Below, piece after piece: positions 48,547 through 57,507 of a DNA stretch of 64,000 nucleotides (position 1 is its first letter; the number at the start of each line of letters is the position of its first letter). Source of the stretch: Candidatus Latescibacterota bacterium (lineage in GTDB: Bacteria > Latescibacterota > UBA2968 > UBA8231); assembly GCA_965217585.1 (NCBI GenBank), contig OZ244561.1, forward strand, positions 1,184,001-1,248,000, written 5' to 3'. Below the pieces are notes generated by a model. It saw only the letters and a list, made by a program, of their open reading frames with translations. It did no database searches and was not told where the DNA came from. Both the position numbers and the translations under genes were made by a program.

Positions 48547-49473
48547 TTATTCCCGGTAGCGGTGCCGAGCAATCGCCCCTTGCCCGGCCGCTTGGCCCCT
48601 CACGTAGTGGGCGGGCATCCTAGCCGTTTCCCAGCGCCCCGCTTGCATCAATTCCGTTGTGCTGGCCCCCGCTTGTGCCAAATCTTGAGCGGTGCCGATC
48701 CGCAGGGAGTGCCCGCTGGCCCCTTCAATGCCAGCCGCGACGGCCGCGGCCTTGATTGCGAGCCTTGCCCCGTTGTCGGTAATGCGCTCTTGCCCGAGGC
48801 GGTCCCCCCGGCGCATACGACGGAACAGCGCCCCCGCGCTGAAACTGGCCACCTCGAGGTACGCGTGAAGAGCGGCAACGGTAGGCTGGCCGAGGAACAG
48901 CACGGCCCCGGCCCCTTCCTGGTCTGTTTTGGAGCTTGGCACCGTCAACCGGCCCGTGCCGTCCCCTTCAAAAGCGAGGTGCTGCACGTCGATTGCCACG
49001 GTTTCGCTTATCCGCAGCATCCCGTCCGACATCACCCGGAACAGCGCCGCATCACGCAGCCCGGCTAAGGTGCCCAGCTTGGCAGCGGTTCGGGCGATTA
49101 TCTCCACATCGACATAGCGCAGCGCGGCGACCTGGCCTCGGCCCCGGCCTTTGCCTTCTCGGCGGATCCCCGCCAGGGTGCGCGTGGTCAGCGGCCCGAC
49201 GACCGAGGGGCGACCTTCCAGCTTTTCCACGAAGCGCACGGCTTGAACGACGATCGCAAGGCTGGCCGGAGAAAGCCCGGCCCCGTGCCCTTGGGCCAAG
49301 TAATCAGCCAGGGTGGCGTCTGTGGGCGGCTGGCCGCCCAAGGCATCGGACAGGCGAGAAAGCGCGGCGCTGTATGCTTTGGCGGTGTTGGGCGCAACGC
49401 TGGCCGCTATCAGCTTTTGAGTATCCACGGCGACGGCTGGCGCGGTGTGGGTCGTGGTGGCGAGTGAGTGCAT
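48547..49473 (-). CDS. Cre-like tyrosine recombinase
   Basis: N-terminal APNTAKAY; RDAAL...GMLRISE (R), SKTD (K), HSLR (H-x-x-R), GRW (Cre-type W), AHY (Y). Confidence 0.95.
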   Translation of the reverse strand: MHSLATTTHTAPAVAVDTQKLIAASVAPNTAKAYSAALSRLSDALGGQPPTDATLADYLAQGHGAGLSPASLAIVVQAVRFVEKLEGRPSVVGPLTTRTLAGIRREGKGRGRGQVAALRYVDVEIIARTAAKLGTLAGLRDAALFRVMSDGMLRISETVAIDVQHLAFEGDGTGRLTVPSSKTDQEGAGAVLFLGQPTVAALHAYLEVASFSAGALFRRMRRGDRLGQERITDNGARLAIKAAAVAAGIEGASGHSLRIGTAQDLAQAGASTTELMQAGRWETARMPAHYVRGQAAGQGAIARHRYRE

Positions 49474-49501
49474 AGCGTCCCCTTGGGCAAAAGGCCAACT
49501 A

Positions 49502-49529
49502 ACTTCGACTAATGGTAACTATCGGTGAT
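49502..49529 (+). other. Putative tyrosine-recombinase site E, just upstream of the recombinase gene
   Basis: ACTTCGACTAA TGGTAA CTATCGGTGAT (A); left arm 9/11 identical to site C; 28 bp from the recombinase ATG. Confidence 0.72.
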
Positions 49530-49754
49530 ATTAAAGGCTTTTTCGATACCTTTTTGGTGCTTTCCGACCAAAAAGGTATGATTGACCTCGGCGAGCCTAG
49601 TGCGCCTCGAATCCCGCTGCCGCAGCCAGCTATCGCAAGCGCCAAGTCGCTGCCTAATTTTCAAACGAATACACTACCGAATTTTCAGGCAGGCGGAACT
49701 CGTCTTAAACTTCCGCAACTGCAATCGGAACCTTGAGCAATTAGAATTGGGCTT

Positions 49755-50555
49755 CTAGGCCTTTTGCAGGGCGCGCCAACGGTCGTAGTAAACCTGGGCT
49801 TTCGGCGGCAGCACGGCACGCACGTTATCGGCCAGCTTCCAGCGAAAGCGCTCGTCCACCTCCGTCTGCGGCTCGTCTGGCCGGTAGATCATCAGCGCAC
49901 CCGTCATGCTCAGCCGCTGGGGCAGGTGCGCCGGTTGGTGGCCGCGATGAATCGTATAACCGCTCCAGAACAGCACTTGCCCCCTTCGCAAAAAGACGTT
50001 CTCCTGGCCGGTGATATCGACCTTCCTATCCACGGCTAAGGCGTGGTGTTCCTCGGGCGTGCGCGGGCGCCGATGACTGCCGGGCACCAGCCACAGGCAA
50101 GGATCGTCAACAAGAGCCAATTGCCACCGCAAACCCGTCATCGGCTGGGTGATAAGGGCCATTTCCCGCTCCGCGTCACTGTCCTGATTGCCCGTCCCAA
50201 TGTCGCGGTGCCAGCCCGTATCGTAGCCCTTATCGGCGCACCACAGATGCACGTGCCCCATGCGCAAGTCCGGCCCCAAAAAAGTCTTGGCATAGCGTTC
50301 GATCGCCGGAGACACTAAGTGCTCGGCAAAGACCGGCTCCCCAAACTCCGGGGCAATCACGCCGAAAATGGCCGTGGCCTCCGGGCCATTGCCGGCCACG
50401 TCCACTTCGCCAGCGCGCACCTTGGCCCACACCCGCCGGGCCGCGGCCTCCAACCGATCGACCATCTCCGGTTCTACTGCATCTTCGACTAGGGAATACC
50501 CCTGCGTGGAGAATTCCTCTTTCACTTTTTCTGGGTCGTGCGTCCGCTCGGGCAT
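49755..50555 (-). CDS. Phytanoyl-CoA dioxygenase family protein
   Basis: WHRD, LWLVPGSH and IHRG (Fe/2OG triad). Confidence 0.9.
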   Translation of the reverse strand: MPERTHDPEKVKEEFSTQGYSLVEDAVEPEMVDRLEAAARRVWAKVRAGEVDVAGNGPEATAIFGVIAPEFGEPVFAEHLVSPAIERYAKTFLGPDLRMGHVHLWCADKGYDTGWHRDIGTGNQDSDAEREMALITQPMTGLRWQLALVDDPCLWLVPGSHRRPRTPEEHHALAVDRKVDITGQENVFLRRGQVLFWSGYTIHRGHQPAHLPQRLSMTGALMIYRPDEPQTEVDERFRWKLADNVRAVLPPKAQVYYDRWRALQKA

Positions 50556-50629
50556 GTTTTCCTCCGTGCAAAAGTTATTGTCCCTACACCGCTTGCCCGC
50601 GACAATGACGATGCCGTTGTTAGCAAGCC

Positions 50630-50995
50630 ATGGATCGCATTCTACTGGTAGGCTGCGGCGGCTTCATTGGGGCCGTGTTGCGCTACTTGGTCTCCTTGGG
50701 GACCCTGCGCCTGTTGGGCACCCCACTCTACGCCACCCTCGTGGTCAACGTGGTCGGCTGCCTAGTCATTGGTTTTTTGGGTGGCTTGGCCGAAGAGCGT
50801 CAATACCTAGGGCCCCAGCTCCGCCTATTCCTCTTCGTCGGCATCCTCGGTGGCTTCACCACTTTTTCATCCGTGGCCTACGAGACCGCGCAAATACTGC
50901 GCGCAGGTCAGGTGCCAGCCGCCTTAGTCCACATTGGGCTGCAACTGCTGCTGGGGATTCCCGCTGTATTCGTCGGGTATTGGGCGGCCCGTTAG
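50630..50995 (+). CDS. crcB: Fluoride efflux channel Fluc
   Basis: GGFIGAVLRY, TLVVNVVGC, GILGGFTTFS. Confidence 0.95.
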   Translation: MDRILLVGCGGFIGAVLRYLVSLGTLRLLGTPLYATLVVNVVGCLVIGFLGGLAEERQYLGPQLRLFLFVGILGGFTTFSSVAYETAQILRAGQVPAALVHIGLQLLLGIPAVFVGYWAAR

Positions 50996-51780
50996 CCGGC
51001 TAGCCCGCGCAAGTACGCCAAGCTCGCGGGCGCGGCTTCGCGCAAGCTGGCCTGGCGATAGACCTTGACCGAGGCAAAACCCGCGTAGCCAATGGCGTCC
51101 AAGGCCGCGAGCACGGCCTTGAAGTCGAGGTGGCCGCTGCCCAGCACGCTGCCGTTGCTCTCGCACAAGTGGACGTGCCGCAGCGCGTCGCCGCAGTCGA
51201 AAATGGGCTGGGTCAATGACTTTTCTTCAATGTTCATGTGGATCGTATCGACCATCGGCCTAAAAGCCGACACGCCAATGCGCTCAATCAGGGCGCGCAC
51301 CTCGCCCACGGAATTGTTAAACCCCACTTGCAAATGATTGATCGGCTCGACGACCAAGTCCACGCCAGCGTCTTGAGCGGCCAAGCCCACTTCGCGCAGA
51401 CCAGCCGCAATGCGCTCGTTGGCCACCTCGGCGTCGGGCTCGTCCGTGCGCAAGCCCTGCAAAAGCCCGACGACGAGGATGGCGTTGAAACGCTGGGCAA
51501 TGGGCAGGTACTCCCGCAGCCTAGCGACGGCACCGGCGCGGCGATGCGGATCGGCCACACTCAAGCACAATCCTTCGGCATAGGCAGCCCCAGTCAAAAG
51601 CGACGGCACCACCAAGCCGCACGCCTCCACCGCGCGCTCGATCGCGTCTAATTGACCGAGCACCGCAGGCGTCAGATTTAACTCGACACCCTCGTACCCA
51701 CAGTCCTGAATGAAGTCCAACCCGGCGGCGAAATCGCCTCCGAGATCCTCAAAGTCGATTACCATATAGCTGTAGCGCAT
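50992..51780 (-). CDS. Sugar phosphate isomerase/epimerase (xylose isomerase-like TIM barrel)
   Basis: GYEGVEL, VEPINH, DTIHMNIEE, HVHL, GSGHLDF. Confidence 0.9.
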   Translation of the reverse strand: MRYSYMVIDFEDLGGDFAAGLDFIQDCGYEGVELNLTPAVLGQLDAIERAVEACGLVVPSLLTGAAYAEGLCLSVADPHRRAGAVARLREYLPIAQRFNAILVVGLLQGLRTDEPDAEVANERIAAGLREVGLAAQDAGVDLVVEPINHLQVGFNNSVGEVRALIERIGVSAFRPMVDTIHMNIEEKSLTQPIFDCGDALRHVHLCESNGSVLGSGHLDFKAVLAALDAIGYAGFASVKVYRQASLREAAPASLAYLRGLAG

Positions 51781-51835
51781 CGTTGTCTCCAAGTGAGTGG
51801 AAAAGTGGCGAGCGGCCGTCGCCGTGTCTAAGTTA

Positions 51836-51940
51836 CTAACGTTACGCATCGTCCTGACCGTACGCTAGGCGCTGGCAGGATAGAGACGCTTCGACTCCGC
51901 TTCGCTGCGCTCATACCCAAGAAGCCGTGCGTAACATCAG
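51836..51940. mobile_element. MITE, family A
   Basis: TIRs CTAACGTTACGCA / TGCGTAACATCAG; perfect 7-bp TSD TAAGTTA (51829-51835 and 51941-51947). Confidence 0.8.
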
Positions 51941-51981
51941 TAAGTTACCCCATTCCATCTAGCCCCAACAGCGGAGCACGC

Positions 51982-52884
51982 GTGCGATACCGACGATTCG
52001 GCAAAACGAACTGGCAAGTCAGCGAAATCGCCATGGGCGGGTCTTGGTTCTACGGACGCCCGGAATACGGCCTCCTACCGGTGGCGCACGGGGTCGCCAT
52101 GGTCAAGCGCGCCCTCGACTTGGGCATCAATTACTTCGACACCGCCCCGCTCTACGGCCAAGGCCGCAGCGAAAAGGTCCTCGGCCACGCCCTCCAAGGC
52201 GTTGACGCGCCCTATTATCTGGCGACCAAGGTAGGCTATTATCCCGCGCCTTTCGACTACACCCGCGATGCAGTTTGGCGGGGGTTTGAGGCCAGCCTCC
52301 TGCGCTTGCAGCGCGACTCAGTCGATCTTTTGCAACTCCACGAGTCCGAACAGGCGGGCTGGGAGGGGATATTCGGCCGGGGACGCGCCTTAGAGGCCAT
52401 GCTCGAAATTCGCGAGCAGGGACTCGCACAACACATCGGCCTGACCGGCTCGGACCTAGTGCTAATGCGCGATGTCCTCGCCGAGTCCGACGCCTTCGTC
52501 TCGGTGATCACCTTCCTCAAATACGACCTACTAGTGCAGACGGCCAAGGAGATCCTCCTGCCCACCGCGGCCGCCCGCGACGTCGCCATCATCCTCGCCT
52601 CGCCGCTGCACGCCGGTCTGCTCGGCTCCAAGCGCGACGCCTGGCAGGAGACCGGCCGCTTTGCCGAGCTGTATCCCAAACTCGAAAAAGTCGAAGCCCT
52701 GCTCGCCGACGAGCCTGGCGACATGCCCGACCACGGGCTGCGCTACTTGCTGTCAGACCCCCAGGTCTCGGTGCTGCTCACCGGCGCTGCAACCATAAAC
52801 GAACTCGAAGTCTCCGCCGCCGTTTCCGACGGCCGCTACTTGTCTCCCGAACTCATCGCCCGCATCGAAGCTCTCACCCCATAA
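51982..52884 (+). CDS. Aldo/keto reductase
   Basis: RRFGKT, GINYFDTAPLYG, LATK, DLLQLH. Confidence 0.93.
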   Translation: MRYRRFGKTNWQVSEIAMGGSWFYGRPEYGLLPVAHGVAMVKRALDLGINYFDTAPLYGQGRSEKVLGHALQGVDAPYYLATKVGYYPAPFDYTRDAVWRGFEASLLRLQRDSVDLLQLHESEQAGWEGIFGRGRALEAMLEIREQGLAQHIGLTGSDLVLMRDVLAESDAFVSVITFLKYDLLVQTAKEILLPTAAARDVAIILASPLHAGLLGSKRDAWQETGRFAELYPKLEKVEALLADEPGDMPDHGLRYLLSDPQVSVLLTGAATINELEVSAAVSDGRYLSPELIARIEALTP

Positions 52885-52892
52885 GAAGGAAA

Positions 52893-53930
52893 TTGCAGAT
52901 GAAACCCGTCCGCGTCGGCTGTATCGGCCTCGGCTGGATCACCCAAAGGGCGCACCTACCCGCGTTAGCTGCCCTCGCCGAGGAAGGCCAAGTCGTCTTC
53001 CAAGCCTTTTGCGACAAAAGCGAGGAAACCCTTCAAGAACAAGCGGCCGTCTACAAGCCTCGCTCGACCTACACCGACCACCACCAGATGTTCGCAGAGC
53101 AGGAACTCGACGCCGTGTACCTGTCCATTCCGCCGACCGCACACACCGACGAGGTGCTTATCGCCGCGGACCAAGGCGTCGCCCTGTTCGTCGAAAAGCC
53201 GCAGACCCTCGACCTAGCGCAAGCCGCCGAATTCAACGCCGCGGTCGAAAAGGCCGGCATCGTATCCCAAGTCGGCTTCGTCTATCGCTACGAGCCTTCT
53301 TCCGCGCCGACCTTGGAGCTATTGCAGCAGCGCACGCCGCGCCACGCCCAAATCCAAAACTTCTACAGCGGCCAGCCCATCCGCTACTGGACCAGCCGCT
53401 ACGAACTCTGCGGCGGTTCCTTCGTCGAAAACACCATCCACAGCGTCGATCTGTTGCGCTACTTTCTCGGCGACATCGAGGCGGTCTCGGCCTTCTACGT
53501 CGAATCCCTGCCTGAAGAGTGCATTGAGCCGATGAACCTCCCCCACGTGTACAACGTCAACTACCGCTTCAAGGGGCGCTTGACCGCCAACGCCAGCGTC
53601 TCGCGGGTAATGAGCAACGTCGAGTACTCCAAGCGCGAAATCCTCGTCGTCAGCGACGACTCGATCATCGAGTGGAATCCACAAAAAGTGACGGAAAACG
53701 GCGAAGTAGTGTGGGAAGCGAAAAAAGAGCCGCAATCGCGTGGGGCTTTCTTCACCCAAGCCCGCGCCTTTATCGCCGCCGTCCAAGCCGGCGATCCGTC
53801 CATGCCGCGCAGCCCCTACGTCCCTTCCCTCAACAGCCTAGCCGCTGTCTTGGGGGCCAATGCCTCGGCCGAAAGCGGCGGCGAGCTGGTCCTCCTCAGC
53901 GACCTAACCGGCGCAAACGCCCGAGGTTAG
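52893..53930 (+). CDS. Gfo/Idh/MocA oxidoreductase
   Basis: IGLGWI, FVEKP, IHSVD. Confidence 0.92.
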   Translation: MQMKPVRVGCIGLGWITQRAHLPALAALAEEGQVVFQAFCDKSEETLQEQAAVYKPRSTYTDHHQMFAEQELDAVYLSIPPTAHTDEVLIAADQGVALFVEKPQTLDLAQAAEFNAAVEKAGIVSQVGFVYRYEPSSAPTLELLQQRTPRHAQIQNFYSGQPIRYWTSRYELCGGSFVENTIHSVDLLRYFLGDIEAVSAFYVESLPEECIEPMNLPHVYNVNYRFKGRLTANASVSRVMSNVEYSKREILVVSDDSIIEWNPQKVTENGEVVWEAKKEPQSRGAFFTQARAFIAAVQAGDPSMPRSPYVPSLNSLAAVLGANASAESGGELVLLSDLTGANARG

Positions 53931-53933
53931 CTC

Positions 53934-55430
53934 ATGCAATCCCAACCCACGCCCTTCCTCGACTGGTATGGCATCTGGCCCTCCCACCGCAAGCTCGAAG
54001 ACGACGGCACCATCTGGTCGCAGGACCCGCCCCAAGGCATTGAACTCGTGCCCGAACTAGCGCGCAAGTCCGCGGTCTTCTTCCACAAGGAACGCCCCTA
54101 TGAGCAAGGAGCCAACCTCCACATCAACGCCATGCTCCACGACGAAGGGCGCTACCGCCTCTGGTACGGAGTGCAACGCTTGGACGACATCGCGCGCACG
54201 TATGTCTGCTACGCCGAAAGCGACGACGGCTTTACCTGGCAGCGGCCGGATTTGGGATTGTGCGAGTACGAAGGCTCTACCCGCAACAACATCCTCAGCG
54301 CGGGCCGCGACCATCCCCTCGGCTGGGTGTTCATCGACCCCAGCGCCCCGGCGACCGAGCGCTACAAGGCCGTCGGCCCGGGGGCGAACTACTTCCGCGA
54401 TGGCCAGCCCGACCCGGAAATGGACTCCACGCGCTTCAAGGCCCTGCTCGCGGCCCGCGACTTGGGCGATGTGTCGGCCGGAGAAAAGGCCCGTGGCATT
54501 GAGATTCGGCAGCAGCTCCTCGGCGCGACCTCTGCCGACGGCATCCACTGGCACAACCTCAGCGCGCCCGTCTTCAACGCCGGCGCGACCCAGCTAGACA
54601 CCCACAACCTCTGCATTTACGATCCCCACCAAGAGCAATACGTGGCGTACTTGCGCGGCCATATCGACCGCCGGCGCTTGGTGCGCCGCGTTTCGGGCGC
54701 GCAGTTTGCAGCCTTGGCCGAGCCGCGCCCCTGCCTCCTGCCCGACCCCTTGGACGCGCTCGACGACGACATCTACAACCCCTGCTACACGCCGTACCCC
54801 GGCACGCAGCCGCGCTACCTGATGTTTCCGTCGATATATCATCGGATCGCCTCTACGGTCGATGTCCAGCTCGCGGTCAGCTACGATAACCACCAATGGA
54901 TCCGGCCCTTCCGCCAGCCCATCATCGACCGCACCTATGAGGGGGGAACGTATGGCCAGCTCTACGCCAGCCCGAATCTCATCGCTGCCAACGGCACTTG
55001 GCGGCTGCCTTTTAGAGGCTACCAACGCCGCCACGACTTCCTCCGCCGCGGCGCCGCGTCGTACCCCGAGGATGGGGAATTTCGCTGGGCCTGCTGGGAA
55101 CCGGACCGATTCGCGGGGATAGAGGCCAAAGGCGAGGGGCGGGTCACGCTCATCGAGCGGCCCTGCTGCGGGCGCGAGCTGCTGCTCAACTTTCGCACGG
55201 CTCCAGACGGCTGGATCAAGGCCGAAATCGTCCAGACCATTCACACGCCACCCCAGCCGGTAGAAGCCCACCCCGGCTTTTCGCTCGCCGAGGCCGAACC
55301 CCTCACGGGGGACTCCATCTCCGAGGCAGCGCGCTGGCGGGGTCAAGCCGACCTAGCGGCCCTCGCAGGCGAAAACGTCGGCCTCCGCTTTCACCTGTAC
55401 AAAGCCAAGCTGTTCTCGGTATCTATTTGA
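53934..55430 (+). CDS. Hypothetical beta-propeller glycoside-hydrolase-like protein
   Basis: GRYRLWY, CYAESDDGFTW, VFIDP, SADGIHW, QLAVSYD. Confidence 0.7.
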   Translation: MQSQPTPFLDWYGIWPSHRKLEDDGTIWSQDPPQGIELVPELARKSAVFFHKERPYEQGANLHINAMLHDEGRYRLWYGVQRLDDIARTYVCYAESDDGFTWQRPDLGLCEYEGSTRNNILSAGRDHPLGWVFIDPSAPATERYKAVGPGANYFRDGQPDPEMDSTRFKALLAARDLGDVSAGEKARGIEIRQQLLGATSADGIHWHNLSAPVFNAGATQLDTHNLCIYDPHQEQYVAYLRGHIDRRRLVRRVSGAQFAALAEPRPCLLPDPLDALDDDIYNPCYTPYPGTQPRYLMFPSIYHRIASTVDVQLAVSYDNHQWIRPFRQPIIDRTYEGGTYGQLYASPNLIAANGTWRLPFRGYQRRHDFLRRGAASYPEDGEFRWACWEPDRFAGIEAKGEGRVTLIERPCCGRELLLNFRTAPDGWIKAEIVQTIHTPPQPVEAHPGFSLAEAEPLTGDSISEAARWRGQADLAALAGENVGLRFHLYKAKLFSVSI

Positions 55431-55962
55431 GACGACCCGCGAAAACCTCGGCGAACCGCTCCTCGGCGATGCCGCCCAAGCGCTGCGCCATGCGCTCGAA
55501 TGCGGCGCGGCGATAGTCCCATTGGCCCCACCGCGCCACCTGCTCCAGCCAATCGCATAGGTGGATCGTCACTAGATCGTTGAAATCCTGTTCGTCCATC
55601 TCGATGGAATCGCCGGTCAAGCGGTCTTGGAGCACGTAGGGAGCACCGTGTTGCTCCACGGCGGCGTCAAAAGTGTCGCGCACCATGGCGCAATTGACGT
55701 ACGCCAAGTATTCGGCCCGCTCGCCGATGAGTGCCCGCACTTCAGCGCGGCGCTCAACAGGCAGGGCAAAATCTTGGAAAATCTCGGTGCCGTATATGGA
55801 GTGAAAGAGCGCGGCATGGCACATCACATCGTCGCCTCCCCACTTCTTCATATCGCCGTACACGCCGATGCAGTGAGCCAAGTAGGTCTTGTTGGTATGC
55901 CCCACATCGGCAGCGCCAATTTCCCTGAAAAATGTAGTCATTTCTTTAAAACTAGCAGTCAT
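55423..55962 (-). CDS. HD-like DUF6817 family protein
   Basis: H...YLAHC...WG...AALFHSIYGTE...IGERAE. Confidence 0.75.
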   Translation of the reverse strand: MTASFKEMTTFFREIGAADVGHTNKTYLAHCIGVYGDMKKWGGDDVMCHAALFHSIYGTEIFQDFALPVERRAEVRALIGERAEYLAYVNCAMVRDTFDAAVEQHGAPYVLQDRLTGDSIEMDEQDFNDLVTIHLCDWLEQVARWGQWDYRRAAFERMAQRLGGIAEERFAEVFAGRLK

Positions 55963-55971
55963 AGCGTCGTC

Positions 55972-57168
55972 CTATGCGTTTGAGGATTGGATCGGGCGGT
56001 CGGCAATCGGCAGGTGGAGCAGCGCAGCCACCACGCCGAGGGCAATCGCCAACCACCAGACGGGATCGTACGACCCAGTCGCGTCGTAGAGCCGGCCGGC
56101 TAGCCAGACGCCCAAGAAACTGCCGGCCTGATGGCTAAAGAAGACAATGCCGTAGAGCGTTGACAGGTAGCGCGCCCCGAATATCTGCGCCACGGTCCCG
56201 CTGGTCAACGGCACGGTGGCCAGCCACAAGAAGCCGATTAGGCCACCGAAGAGCAAGGCGGAAAAGCTGGTCAGGGGAACGAAGAGAAACAAGCCGATGA
56301 CCACGGCGCGGCTGAAGTAGAGCGCACTCAACAGATATTTCTTGCGGTAGCGGTCGCCCAGCCAGCCGAACAAAGACGAGCCGAAGATGTTGCACAGGCC
56401 AATCAGCGACAAGGCCGTGGCCCCGATCATGCGCGACAGGCCACCGTCGGTGAGGAACGAAGGCAGGTGCGTGGCGATAAAGGCGACGTGGAAACCGCAG
56501 ACGAAGAACCCCGCGTTGAGCAACCAATAGCCCGAATGGCCCCGCGCCCTGAGCAGTGCTTGCAGCAGCGTACCCTCGCCGTGCGGCCGGGCCGCGTGTT
56601 CGCTGGGTCGGCGCGGAAAGCCAAACGCCAACAGCACAACCCAGGCAATTAGGGCCGCGCTGACCACAAAGGACGCTTGCCAACCTGCGTGGACAATCAC
56701 CCACTGCACCCCGGGCACTAAGGCGAAGGTCCCAAACGAACCGGCCGCGGTGACGATGCCAAACACCGTGCTGCGATTTGCCGGATGCACGACTCGGGCG
56801 ACGGCTCCCAGCACGACCACATACGTCGTGCTGCCGAGCCCTAGCCCAATAATGAGGCCCAGCGTCAGATATAAACCGAGCGGGCCGCTGCTAGCCGGCA
56901 CCAGCAGGCACCCGGCCGCGTAGAGCAGCGCGCCCCCGAGCACGACCCACCGCGCCCCATAGCGGTCGGCGATCATCCCGAACAGGGGCAGGCCGAAGAC
57001 CACATTTTGCAGCGCTATAGCCAGGCTGAACACTTCGCGCCCCAAGCCCAAGCTATCGCTAATCGGCTGTAGAAAGAGGCCAAACGACTGGCGAATCCCC
57101 ATGCTGGCGAGGACCGTCAACGCACTGAAGAGCACGATGATCGTCGTCTGGCGGTGGGGAGTAGGCAT
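55972..57168 (-). CDS. MFS transporter
   Basis: GIRQSFGLF, ADRYGAR, FFVCGFH, GDRY; about 12 TM segments. Confidence 0.93.
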   Translation of the reverse strand: MPTPHRQTTIIVLFSALTVLASMGIRQSFGLFLQPISDSLGLGREVFSLAIALQNVVFGLPLFGMIADRYGARWVVLGGALLYAAGCLLVPASSGPLGLYLTLGLIIGLGLGSTTYVVVLGAVARVVHPANRSTVFGIVTAAGSFGTFALVPGVQWVIVHAGWQASFVVSAALIAWVVLLAFGFPRRPSEHAARPHGEGTLLQALLRARGHSGYWLLNAGFFVCGFHVAFIATHLPSFLTDGGLSRMIGATALSLIGLCNIFGSSLFGWLGDRYRKKYLLSALYFSRAVVIGLFLFVPLTSFSALLFGGLIGFLWLATVPLTSGTVAQIFGARYLSTLYGIVFFSHQAGSFLGVWLAGRLYDATGSYDPVWWLAIALGVVAALLHLPIADRPIQSSNA

Positions 57169-57375
57169 GAGGATACAGGCGAGGTAGATTGATGGGGTGG
57201 GTAGTATAGCTTCTTGTCGCGCTCGAATCAATCGCCTATTAGCTCCGACCTCGCCCACCACTCAAGAGAAACTCCCGCGCCTCTCAGCGCATGGCCGGGT
57301 GCGATGTGCGCCTCGCCATTCCTTCGTCGTCATCCTTGCACCTACATTCCGCATCGTTAATTTAGCCTGAAAGTG

Positions 57376-57447
57376 GAATACCGCACCCGCCTGATCGCCG
57401 ATGTAGTGCAAGATCAACGTGCGCGGGGCGGCAGCTAATCTGCCCAA
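57376..57447 (+). pseudogene. HsdS C-terminal relic
   Basis: EYRTRLIADVV, then a shifted frame KINVRGAAANLP; matches the HsdS tail pattern EYRTRLIADVVTGKxDVR. Confidence 0.7.
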
Positions 57448-57507
57448 CGCGGTGAACGCGCCTGAGCCACCGGAAACGGTGGGATATCCACACAGAAGAG
57501 CTTGCGT

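Noticed and set aside
42740-49750. Classical integron or prophage
   Set aside because: The recombinase is Cre-like (GRW) and I see no IntI-specific insertion, no attC R-box hairpins and no phage structural genes.
50556-50629. Fluoride riboswitch upstream of crcB
   Set aside because: The GGCGATGG...TGA...CTAC consensus is not present in the short intergenic region.
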